A stretch of DNA of 64,000 nucleotides from Octopus sinensis (lineage: Eukaryota): NCBI RefSeq assembly GCF_006345805.1, contig NC_043010.1:13516001-13580000 (forward strand). The letters are read 5' to 3'. The notes beneath the pieces were generated by a model, which was not told the origin of the DNA, ran no database searches, and worked only from the letters and a program-made list of their open reading frames with translations. Shown one piece after another: positions 48,813 to 60,296 of the stretch; within the stretch, counting starts at the first letter, position 1, and each line of letters begins with the position of its first letter. A program made the position numbers and the translations under genes.

Positions 48813-49997
48813 CTAGCATTATGATCCGGCGTTGCCGGGTCATAGCGCTAGTTTGGTATAAATTTGTTAAATTAAAAATTTGGAGTAATAAAACATACAA
48901 TGACATATTAAAAAGACGAATTAAAATTCCAGAGAAAAATACATAGAAGATAAATATACAAATTTACAAAAATACATAAAAGTTCATCTACGGGCCGTTT
49001 CGGAGATGCGCCAATTAATATGAAACATATCATATATTTAAAATTGACACTCCCCTCGTCAGGATGTTTTTTTACACACAACACATAGTACACGGAAACA
49101 AATGCACAATTACGTACCGGCTACATGCGAAAGACCAGACATTACGTACTCCCAAAAATTCTCATAGATACTGAATGCTACTTTATAAGCATGTAATTCA
49201 ATCTAGCAGCTATAGTAAATGGTATGCGCACAGCTGGACTAATTCACTTCTGCACTCAATTAAATTTTTAATCGTTTGATTTCTCCCATTCATGCAAAGC
49301 CAAATATTCGAGTTCAAGTCCTTGATACATTTTATACTAATTGCTATTTTTTCTTTAGTTTTATTTTAATTACTACTTTCTATATTTACTATATTTAATT
49401 CAATTGTTATTATTACCTCTAACTTTTATTGCTATTTTTATTTCTAAATTTCTTATGGAACGTCGAGTGGATCTTATACGTACAATATATTTTTATATGA
49501 TGTTTATATATTACTATATATTTCTAAACGTCAGGCTTTATATCTGTTCTGTAGATATATATGAATATATGTATGTGTTTGATCTTTCTGTGGATTTTGT
49601 AGTGCTCTTGTAGTTGCTGCTCGCATTGCTTCCCCTCGGATTAAAAAGTGTATACAGCTCATTTGAGCGCTACTATTCCAGTCTCTTATACATTTTGAGC
49701 GTTGTTGTCACTAACGATCTCAAGATATAACTTTATATTTTGTAATATATACATATATATATACATCCATATACATACAATAGAGAGATATTTTTGTTTC
49801 ACTTTTAACACGTAATACTGAAATAGTGGAGAAGATATGATATTGTTGTGAGCTCGCCCTAGGCAAGAAGTTGAACATTTTTTGCCCATGAAACTACATG
49901 GACCCTAAGTAAGGCATGTGTAAAATTTGAATGAAATTGGTTGTGTAGTTCTCAAGTTTTAGGGAAACACACAGACAGACAGACACACATTCTCAGT

Positions 49998-50000
<3 letters not shown>
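48813..50000 (-). mobile_element. Non-autonomous Helitron (second family)
   Basis: 3' ATGACCCGGCAACGCCGGATCAT hairpin plus CTAG|T; 5' region TATATA..(GTCT)n..ACAACCAATTTCATTCAAATTTTACAC. Confidence 0.7.
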
Positions 50001-50014
<14 letters not shown>

Positions 50015-50029
<15 letters not shown>

Positions 50030-50526
50030 TGCAATTGTGTAAGTGTCTGTCCCCTTCGATTTAGATTCCTAACTACTCCCACATTTTGCGGTGCAGTTTA
50101 ACCAAATTCGGGTATCTTATAGTCGTGATTCACATCGAGCCCGTCTGGGTATTAGCGCGCGTCTACGATGAGTCTACGATTTTAAAAATAATTTAACATC
50201 ATTTTTTATTCCATTTTAATGCATATTTTTTCGTGTGTCGATGGCGGCGGAGTTGGCGTCCATGGTCACACCTGCACCTGTGTTGCTTCTCCCTCTTCTT
50301 CCCTCCCTCGTGAAGCTGTGGGGAAGGGAGTGTAAGGAAATCAACGTCGTAAAGCGTTGTCAAGGAGACCAGCGTTCTTTTAGAACAACGACTTCATGGC
50401 TTGAAGACACCAAAACAGAAATGGCTAAGAAAGCCCGAATTGGCATCTATAAGGGAAGTAACTCTCTAAAAATGCTTATATAGTTATTTCCCTTACAAAC
50501 CCGAGCAACGCCGGGCGATACTGCTA

Positions 50527-50527
<1 letters not shown>
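50015..50527 (+). mobile_element. Non-autonomous Helitron, same family as 44546, with extra internal segment
   Basis: Shared 5' body and CCCGAGCAACGCCGGG..CTAG|T end. Confidence 0.88.
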
Positions 50528-50572
<45 letters not shown>

Positions 50573-50573
50573 A

Positions 50574-51858
50574 TTGGGTCATTCCATAAATAATGCGTTT
50601 ATTTTTATAGTTCTTTTATTTTTCAAAATTAAGATAAATAAAGTTCTTTGTTAATCTAAAATATACTCTCCATTTTCTACAATGCTCTTCCATCTATCTG
50701 GTAGACTTGCAAAACCCTCTTCTAAAATTCACTTGTCCGTAACGAAAAATGCCCATTCAGTATTGTTTTGACTTCGTCTACAGAATTCATATTTTTTCCG
50801 TCCAAATGATTTTGAAAAATGCGAAATAAACGATAATCAGATGGGGTAATGTCCGGCGAATATGGTGGGTGGGCATTGTTACCCATTCAAACTGCTCCAG
50901 CCTTTGGAATGTCATCCTTGCTGTATGTGAGCCGAGCATTATCCTGATTGAAGAACACCTTTCGTCTTGAAACCAAAGGTGATCGTTTTCCTTCCAGCGC
51001 TGACTTAAGGTACTCGAGCTGCTCGCAGAAGATCTCCCTTGTTATCGTCTGGTTTGTGTTTAAAAGTTCAAAATGGACTAAACCTTTCATATCCCACCAG
51101 ACAGATAACAACAGCTTACGTGGGTGGAGACCTTCTTTAGCTTGGGGTGCCACTGTTTCTCCTTTCCCTACCCACTGTTTTCGGCGCTTGGCATTTTTAT
51201 AGAGAACACATTTCTCATCACCAGTTACTTTTCGGTCCAAAAACGGTTCATTCGGAGTAGGTGCCAGCAAAGAAGAGCACACATTCACTCTCTGTGCACG
51301 ATTAGATTCAGAAAGTTTGTAAGGAACCCATTGACCCAATTTTCTAATTTTTATGATGGCTCACAGGTGTTGATGAATGGTTGAATGACCAAATCCAAGC
51401 TTCTCTGCTAGTTCCTCAACAGTTACGATGGGATTTTGATCCACCAGGGTTTGCAGGACGTCCTCGCCGAGCTCTACAGATCATTCAGGATGAGACTCGT
51501 CTTCTAGGCTGTAGTTTCCGGCTCGGAATTTCTGGAACCACCATTGACACTAGTTTACTATTATTGTCCGATTCCCACACACTACATTAATATTCCTCAC
51601 ACTTTCTGTTGCGATGTTGCCTTTATTGAACTCATAAAGCAAAATATGCCGAATGAACTTCTTTGTCACTTGCATTATGGTTTTGAAAAAAATAACTGTT
51701 AAAATCGAATTGCACTCTTCATAACTTACACTAAGAATAAGTACAAGGTAAAATTAGTACCTGTCTTTATAGCAAGTTGATGCAGGTAGTTTATCCCGTC
51801 CCCTTCCGACTTTAATTCAAGTCATTGAAAAAACGGCAATTTTTATGGAATGACCCAA
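50574..51858 (-). mobile_element. Full-length degenerate mariner (1285 bp)
   Basis: TIR TTGGGTCATTCCATAAA at both ends with TA flanks; WVPYKL, TGDEK, QDNAR, YSPDITPSDY. Confidence 0.92.
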
Positions 51859-52378
51859 TATATATACTGTGTGTGTGTGTGTATGTGTGTGTGTGTGTGT
51901 GTGTGCGAGCGCGAGAGAGAGATGGAGGGGAGAGAGAGAGTGTGTGTGTGTGTGTGTGTGTGACTTAGTGTCTGTTTGTCAGATATCCACTACCGTTTGA
52001 CAACCAGCGTTCGTTTGTTTACGTCCCCGTAAATTGGCGATTCGGCAAAAGAGACCAATACATTAAATACCAGACATTAAATCGAAATGCAAATACTAGG
52101 ATCGATTGGTTCGACCAAAACCGGCCAAAGCAGTTCCTCAGCAGAACGCAGTCCATATTTCCTAATTAATCCTCTAAATTTAATTAAAAATAACAGCATT
52201 CCTACGTCTGCTACTGCTTCAAGTACTCATATTCATTACCCGAATGGGTGCCGGTGTAATACCGGCACGGGTATCACATGTGTGTGTGTGTGTGTGTGGT
52301 GTGTGTGTGTGTGTGTGTTTGCATGTGTGAGTATATATATGGGTGTACGTGCACGTTTATTTAAGTATCTATGTATAT

Positions 52379-52610
52379 ATATTTCTTTACTGCCCACAAG
52401 GGGCTAAACACAGAGGGGACAAACAAGGACAGACAAACGGATTAAGTCGATTACATCGACTCCAGTGTGTAACTGGTACTTATTTAATCGACCCCGAAAG
52501 GATGAAAGGCAAAGTCGACCTCGGCGGAATTTGAACTCAGAGCGTAACGGCAGACGAAATACGGCTACGCATTTCGCCCGGCGTGCTAACGTTTCTGCCA
52601 GCTCGCCGCC
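52379..52610 (-). mobile_element. SINE-B, tail 1
   Basis: Family alignment. Confidence 0.92.
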
Positions 52611-52629
52611 TTATATCTATGTATATACT

Positions 52630-52843
52630 AAACGTTAGCGCGCCGGGCGAAATGCTTAGCGGTATTTCGTCTGTTGTTACGTTCTGAGTTCAAATTCCGC
52701 CGAGGTCGACTTTGCCTTTCATCCTTTCGGGTCGATAAATAAAGTACCAGTTTCGCACTGGGGTCGATGTAATCGACTTAATCCCTTTGTCTGTCCTTGT
52801 TTGTCCCCTCTATGTTTAGCCCCTTGTGGGCAGTAAAGAAATA
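52630..52843 (+). mobile_element. SINE-B, tail 1, slightly 5' clipped
   Basis: Inverted partner of the 52379 copy. Confidence 0.92.
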
Positions 52844-53199
52844 TATATACTCTGCTCTACTGACCGACTGCCTAGAAATACTAGTGAAATCTTAAATAAA
52901 TTACACCTTGCTGCCTTGAAACAGGGATACATTAGAGAACGTGGTTAGCTACATACACTGAAGAAAAAAATACAGATGGTCACTGCTTGAATGTTTTCAT
53001 TAGAAGTCTTCCCAATCAGAGATGAGCTGGGTTAAACTATAACAATAATTTGAGCCAACAAGAAATGCTACATGAGAAATTTTCAACCTTTCTTCTGTAA
53101 TTAGCTCCTTCATTTTCCCCCTGTATTCACTTAATACAAGCAAAAAATATGTAGTAAATTTGTAGTATGGTCCACAGTTTGATTGACACTGAGTATATA

Positions 53200-53643
53200 C
53201 TCTTTACTCTTTTACTTGTTTCAGTCATTTGACTGCGGCCATGCTGGAGCACCGCCTTTTAGTCAAGCAAATCGACCCCAGGACTTATTCTTTTGTAAGC
53301 CTGGTACTTATTCTATCGGTCTCTTTTGCCGAACCGCTAAGTAACAGGGACCTAAACACACCAGCATCGGTTGTCAAGCGATGTTGGGGGGGGGGGAAAC
53401 AAACACAGACACACACACACACATATATATATATATTATATATATATATATATAATATATATATATATACACATGTATACGACGGGCTTCTTTCAGTTTC
53501 CGTCTACCAAATCCCCTCACAAGGCTTTGGTCAGCCCGAGGCTATAGTAGAAGACACTTGCCCAAAGTGCCATGCAGTGGGATTGAACCTGGAACCATGT
53601 GGTTGGTATGCAAGCTACTTACCACACAGCCACTCCTGCGCCT
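53200..53643 (-). mobile_element. SINE-A
   Basis: Family alignment. Confidence 0.9.
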
Positions 53644-53689
53644 ATCTGGAATCCTGGCTTTCCTGTTGGTTATGGCAAGTGTTCCTGTT

Positions 53690-53945
53690 GATTCCATCGA
53701 TGGAACGACCTGCTCGTGTAATTAATATGCTAGTGGCTGAGCACTTTTACAGACACACATACCTTAATTAGTTTTCAAGGAGATTCAGTGTGACACAGAA
53801 TGTGACAAGGCTGGCCCTCATGAATTACAGGTACTACTCATTTTTTGCCAGCTGAGTGGTCTGGAGTGATGTGTAATATAGTGTTTCGCTCAAGGAAACA
53901 GCACACCACCAAGAATCGAACTCAGAACCTTACAATCCGTAACCA
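53690..53945 (-). mobile_element. SINE body D with tail beta (diverged)
   Basis: CAGGTACTACTCATTTTTTGCCAGCTGAGTGG. Confidence 0.6.
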
Positions 53946-54139
53946 CTAAGTCACATTCCTAAGTCAACTAGGTAGAAACATGAGTTATCTGGAACAGCCA
54001 ATCTGTCGATAATACCAAGTTATTTGGACAACTGCCTTACTTACATGCTTAATCAGAGCTGACCAGAGGCTAAACAAAATTTAGCCAATGTTGGAATGAT
54101 ATGGCAGAGAATATTCCCAGTTTTAAGGGAAATTTAATC

Positions 54140-54488
54140 CGATTGTGGCCGTTGCCAGCGCCGCCCCGACTGGCCTCCATGCCGGTGGCACGTAAAAGCA
54201 TCATCCGTTCGTGTCCGTTGCAAGCCTCGCCTGGACCCGTGCAGGTGGCACGTCAAAGCACCATCCGTTCATGGCCGTTTCCCAGCTCCGTCTGGCACCT
54301 GCGCGGGTGGCACGTAAAAAGCACCCACTACACTCGCGGAGTGGTTGGCGTTAGGAAGGGCATCCAGCTGAAGAAACACTGCCAGATCAGACTGGGCCTG
54401 ATGCAGCCTTCCGACTTCACAGACCCCAGTTGAACCGTCCAACCCATGCTAGCATGGAAAACGGACGCTAAATGATGATGATGATGAT
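54140..54488 (+). mobile_element. RTE 3' UTR fragment with three repeat units
   Basis: Same units and tail as 15445-16090. Confidence 0.88.
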
Positions 54489-54870
54489 TTTCAGGAGTTT
54501 TCAAATTTTGTGATTGTCAGAGTATTCAAACCACTATTCCACACAGCTGTAGAAGTACTGGAAATAGAGGTTCTGAGTTCCAACTCACTTGTGAGACATT
54601 CAGATATCTAAGAATTTATTTTTTTAATGACTTAATCTGAAGAAGAGTACAAGACCCTTTTTAGGGCTTCTGCAGCTGGTGGGAGAGAAAAAAGAAGTCT
54701 TCTTCAGACTAAATTCTTGCAATAGAGTGGACACTCTTAAAGGTACCCAAATATCCTCAGGTGGTGAATTTAGGATTATATAGGAATGCTAAGAGAATTG
54801 GCTGGTCAGAAGTTTGAAGAAAGTAGAAATATGAAATATATTAGAAACTGCATGGAAGATTACTCAAAAG
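54488..54870 (+). repeat. Arm 1 of about 380-bp inverted duplication
   Basis: Reverse complement of 56739-56766 plus 57184-57552. Confidence 0.92.
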
Positions 54871-55091
54871 AAGAATTTTGTGCGGAAACAAACCTAACAC
54901 ATGTCAGCATGATGGAATAGCAGAGGTAAAAATGATGATGATGACGATGATGATTGTGAAGGAGGGAAGAAATCATTTAGTAAAAATAAAAGTACTTTCA
55001 TAACAGTCAAGGATGGAACAATAATAAATAAAAAGGCAGAAAATATGTTTTCAACATGCAGTACAAACAGTGAATATATATATATATATAT

Positions 55092-55403
55092 ATCACGTGA
55101 TCATGTGACCGACCTGGCTATCAGATGTTGCTACACATCGCTGGTCACAATGCGCTTCGCATTGTTTTAGCCTTCAAATGACGCCACCCCGCTGGCTAAG
55201 CGAGCAGGCCAATAGAAGAAAGAGTGAGAGAAAGTTTGTGGCGAAAAAGTACAGCAGGGAAAAAGTACCATATCCTGCCGGAGCCTCATGGGGCTTTCGG
55301 TGTTTTCGCTCAATAAACACTCACAACGCCAGGTCTGGGAATCAAAACCACGGTCCTATGACCGCGAGTCTACTGCCCTAACCACTGGGCCATTGCGCCT
55401 CCA
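55092..55403 (-). mobile_element. SINE body C with tail alpha
   Basis: Matches 1610-1914. Confidence 0.88.
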
Positions 55404-55409
55404 CACACA

Positions 55410-55812
55410 CTCTTTTACTCTTTTACTTGTTTCAGTCATTTGACTGCAGCCATGCTGGAGCACCGCCTTTAATCGAGCAACTCGACCCTGGGACTTATTC
55501 TTTGTAAGCCCAGTACTTATTATATCGGTCTCTTTGCCAAACCGCTAAGTGACGGGGACATAAACACACCAGCATCGGTTGTCAAGCAATGCTAGGGGGA
55601 CAAACAGACGCACAAACATACACACACACATATATACATAGATATATACGACAGGCTTCTTTCAGTTTCCGTCTACCAAATCCACTCACAAGGCATTGGT
55701 CGACCCGGGGCTATAGCAGAAGACACTTGCCCAAGATGCCACGCAGTGGGACTGAACCCGGAACCATGTGGTTGGTAAGCAAGCTACTTACCACACAGCC
55801 ACTCCTGTGCCT
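55410..55812 (-). mobile_element. SINE-A
   Basis: Family alignment. Confidence 0.9.
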
Positions 55813-56298
55813 ACATATATTTATAAGATAATGTATGATGAGAAATGAAGCAGACTCTGACAGAGTATTAAAATTTAAGTTGTATCTGATATTTTAGGGT
55901 AGATAACAGCTGGAAAAATCATGGATGTAAAAGTAAACAGAGTTTAAATAGCTTTGCCAGGAATAGCAGATAAGCTATGTTATATGAACTGCATGATGAG
56001 TGTTGGAGATGTAGTTAATAATATATGAATAGCTAAGGTCTATAAAACAAAGAAGAAATTTCAAAAACACCTGTAAGTTAATAGACTGCTGAGTCAATAA
56101 GGTAGCAAAAAAATCTAGTAAAGAGTTAACGCTAAGTTATCAATAATTCTGTTATGTGCAGATACATGGCTCTTAGTAGCAAGTCCCATGTAGCATTATA
56201 TTGTAGACTACCACATAGTGCTAGTGCATGCAAATACAGCTGCGTGCATGCGCACATACATGCAAGTACTGTCCAAATCTCCGACCAATCACATACAA

Positions 56299-56533
56299 CT
56301 AGCTGGCATTCAATTGGCGTATCAAGTTTTTGGATAGAAAATTCACAAAAAAGTCATCAAGTCTATTGATTTTTTAATGGCTTTGCGGGGTGACTGGGGA
56401 AATGTAAAGATGTGCACGACCACCCTTGGACGGTTTTGAATGACCATAGAAAGTGCAAGCCCTCTGACTGAAAAATTGTGAATTTGTATAAAGGACAAAC
56501 ATACAGACGTTTTGCCGTTTATATAGAGAGAGA
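56299..56533 (-). mobile_element. Short non-autonomous Helitron-like element
   Basis: A|TCTCTCTCTATATAAAC 5' end and CAGCTAG|T 3' end. Confidence 0.5.
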
Positions 56534-56738
56534 TGTAACAAGGTGGTATAATTCATTGCTGTGAGCAGTCACTAAGTAATTAATAAGTATTTTGTCGATT
56601 GCTGTGCTGGATTTAATTAATCTAATTAGAGAAGCTGCTTATGGTAAGATTAGTATCTCGAGGAAATTTTTTTCCAAGAAACTGAAGATAGGCACTATCT
56701 GTAAGGATCCTTTTGCACAGACAAAATAACATTGCTAA

Positions 56739-57552
56739 CTTTTGAGTAATCTTCCATGCAGTTTCTTATTTCTTTACTACCCACAAGGGGCTAAACACAG
56801 AGGGACAAACAAGGACAAACAAATGGATTAAGTCGATTAGATCGACTCCAGTGCGTAACTGGTACTTATTTAATCGACCCCGAAAGGATGAAAGGCAAAG
56901 TCGACCTCGGTGGAATTTGAACTCAGAACATAACGGCAGACGAAATACCTATTTCTTTACTACCCACAAGGGGCTAAACACAGAGGGACAAACAAGGACA
57001 AACAAACGGATTAAGTCAATTAGATCGACCCCAGTGCGTAACCTGGTACTTATTTAATCGACCCCGAAAGGATGAAAGGCAAAGTCGACCTCGGCGTAAT
57101 TTGAACTCAGAACGTAGCGGCAAACGAAATACCCCTAAGCATATCGCCCGGCGTGCTAACGTTTCTGCCAGCTCTGCCTTCTGCATGCAGTTTCTATTAT
57201 ATCTCATATTTCTACTTTCTTCAAAGTTCTGACCAGCCAATTCTCTTAGCATTCCTATACAGTCCTAAAACCACCACCTGAGGATATTTGGGTACCTTTA
57301 AGAGTGTCCACTCTATTGCAAGAATTTAGTCTGAAGAAGACTTCTTTTTTCTCTCCCACCAGCTGCAGAAGCCCTAAAAAGGGTCTTGTACTCTTCTTCA
57401 GATTAAGTCATTAAAAAAATAAATTCTTAGATTATCTGAATGTCTCACAAGTGAGTTGGAACTCAGAACCTCTATTTCCAGTACTTCTACAGCTGTGTGG
57501 AATAGTGGTTTGAATACTCTGACAATCACAAAATTTACAAACTCCTAAAAAT
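56739..57552 (-). repeat. Arm 2 of inverted duplication, interrupted by SINE-B dimer
   Basis: See 54488-54870. Confidence 0.9.
56767..57183 (-). mobile_element. SINE-B head-to-tail dimer with single 12-bp TSD
   Basis: CATGCAGTTTCT at 56755-56766 and 57184-57195. Confidence 0.9.
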
Positions 57553-58038
57553 GTAGGATAATATGTCTTGCAACATCTGTTCTAGCTCCCTGTGGTCTGT
57601 ATTCAAATCCTAACAAGGTCAGCTTCACCGTTCATCTTTTAGGGGTCAATAAAATAAAGTACCAGTGAAATAGTTAATTGAAATTGTTAAAGCATTAGAC
57701 AGAAATGTCTAACAGTATTTTTACAGCTCTTTGCATTCTTAGTTCTTGGGCAGCAGACTTAATCAGTTGACCAATTTAACTCCCTCACCTGGTCCTTAAG
57801 TGCCTTTAATGGGATTCACTCTCTTGTACACATTCAGATACTATCTACAGTCTGAGGATAACTGCCTCCCTCTCCTTCCACCAGGAGTGGAGATCTTGAA
57901 GAATTAAAGAGTGATGAGCAACGCCCTTACCTCCCAGACTAAATGATTTTAAAAAGACATGAAATAAATATAGACTAACTCCAAAAACATGCAAATTCCT
58001 CCAACATCAAAAGAGGAGTTTTCAAGGTCAGTGCTTAC

Positions 58039-58171
58039 ATCTAGTTGTATTATATTTAAAGTAGATGAGAATGCAATCTCCTTGGAAGCCGCAATGTTCA
58101 ATGATGTATTTCCAATAACATTCCATGATGACATGGTAGCTATTCTGGGCAGCTAGATAAACTAAAGAAAT
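58039..58171 (-). other. Candidate ATG-bearing exon
   Basis: CCTTTTTTATTTCAG acceptor; ATG at 58134; MSSWNVIGNTSLNIAASKEIAFSSTLNIIQLD|GTAAGC, phase 0. Confidence 0.25.
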
Positions 58172-58359
58172 CTGAAATAAAAAAGGTTCTTCCCAGAAGC
58201 AGCAAAATGTGATGGTGATAAGCAAGCATCACTGTGATACAACTGATGTTTGTTTTCACTCATTCATGGAAAATATTACCTTGCTTAGAAAATGGGGAGG
58301 GTTGGCAACAGGAAGGGCGTCCAGTCACAAAAATTCTGCCTGACCCATATAAACACGGG

Positions 58360-58785
58360 TATCAGCGCTGCCTTGACTGGCTTCTGTGCCGGTGGCACAT
58401 GACCTGCTGTGCTTGAGACCTATTGAGTCAAGTACATCGACATCAAAATGAATATCAAATGGAAATAGTAGTTGTGATACCTGTGCCAGTGGGACGTAAA
58501 GAGCACCATCCGAATGTGGCCGATGCCAGCGCCGCCTTGACTGGCTTCTGTGCCGGTGGCACGTAAAAAGCACCAACCGATCGTGGCCGCTGCCAGCCTC
58601 CCCTGGCACGTAAAAAGCACCCACTACACTCACGGAGTGGTTGGTGTTAGGAAGGGCATCCAGCTGTAGAAACATTGGCAGATCAGACTGGAGCCTGCTG
58701 CAGCCTCCTGGCTTCCCAGACCCCGGTCGAACCGTCCAACCCGTGCTAGCATGGAAAACGGACGTTAAACGATGATGATGATGAT
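58360..58785 (+). mobile_element. RTE 3' UTR fragment with repeat units (second subfamily)
   Basis: GTGCCGGTGGCACGTAAAAAGCACC units, GGTTGGTGTTAGGAAGGGCATCC, (GAT)n. Confidence 0.85.
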
Positions 58786-58791
58786 ATATAT

Positions 58792-58826
<35 letters not shown>

Positions 58827-59397
58827 TTATATTTTATCAACGGTATATATTCTGAGTGTGCTAGATGAGCACTGCACAGCCATCAAAGATGGAAAATTCA
58901 TAAATTCTCACTCAACAATTTAATCACAGATCATAAAGTGAAAGTAATATTTTTCTATCCACAATTATGAGATATTGTGGCTGTTGTTCTGGTGACAGAA
59001 CTGGCTGTCAAGAATGCAGTGTAATTCAGGGTATGGCACTAAGTGGATGGTACAATAATGAAAGTATGACCAAAATGAGGACCAATATGAGAACCAACAT
59101 TCCACAAGCACGCATCCAGTGTTTGCTTTCAAGGTGAGAAGTTTTATGTATAAAATTGTTGAAAATTAACTGAAACTATTTTGCTTGATAATTCTGTTCT
59201 TTCACTATCAGCACGTAATATGGAGTAATTTTTTTTTAAACTCTAAAAATACACACTCAATAGCAAATATTAAATCAAAATTTTGAGTTGTTGGCGTTAT
59301 TTTAAAATTTGTGTGTAAAATGAAATTAATCTCTAAATTTGCAATTCATACAAATTACAGAACATGCGTGACAATTCGTATTACATATTCAAACTAG

Positions 59398-59525
59398 GCC
59401 GAGGGCGACTTTGCCTTTCATCCTTTCGAGATCGATAAATTAAGTACCAGTCAAGTACTGGAGTCGATCTAATCGATTGGCCTCCTCCCCAAAAACTTCG
59501 GGCTTTGTGTCAAGAGTAGAACAAG
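59398..59525 (+). mobile_element. SINE-B 3' part, tail 2
   Basis: GACTTTGCCTTTCATCCTTTCGAGATCGATAAATTAAGTACCAG. Confidence 0.7.
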
Positions 59526-60209
59526 AAATTCATATTACATAATCAATATGTATTACGTTTAGAAATAACTCAAAGTTTGTAGGCTTATTTTTGAGTAATA
59601 ATAACAGGTTGAGCAAGTAACACAGTGCACGCACTCCATAACAACAACAACAACAAAAAAGCATCTACACATACGTGTAAAGTGATATGTCAAGCTGCGT
59701 CCGATAACTTGGCCGCTCGACAAACAGAGATCAAAAGAATAAAGGCTAGACTGAAATAAAGTCTGCGGTCGAAACGATCAACAAAAACTCGAGAAGACAG
59801 TGTCCCAGTATAGCCACTGTCCAGTGCTTGAAATTAGTAAAAGGGATAAAAACAAAACTTCAGCTAAGCAATGAAACGGATTCCTCTTTTAATTTAGTAG
59901 AACTATTGAATATTAAAATAGCAACGGGTATATATAAATATTAAAGTAGCAAAGGGTATATGAATTATTGAACAAGAAAAATTGCTAAACAAAATGTTTA
60001 ATGAAATTCCTGACGTTAATTGGTAATTGAAATTATCCAGTTGTATTTATTTATTTACAAGGCATTAAAAATGAACTACTAATGAAGTACTACCACTCAA
60101 ATGACTAAATACGAGCCAAACACGGAGCCTCTATGAAATCGTTATACTTACTAGAAATAGCAGCCAAATCCCTCCTAAAACCATCCCCAAATGTTTTAAA
60201 CCCTTTTCC

Positions 60210-60296
60210 ACTTTAGGCACAAGGCCAGAAATTTGGGGGGTAGGTGGATAGTCGATTACAACGACCCCAGTGCTCAACTGGTACTTATTTTATCGA
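60210..60296 (-). mobile_element. SINE-B tail 2 fragment
   Basis: AGTCGATTACAACGACCCCAGTGCTCAACTGGTAC. Confidence 0.55.
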
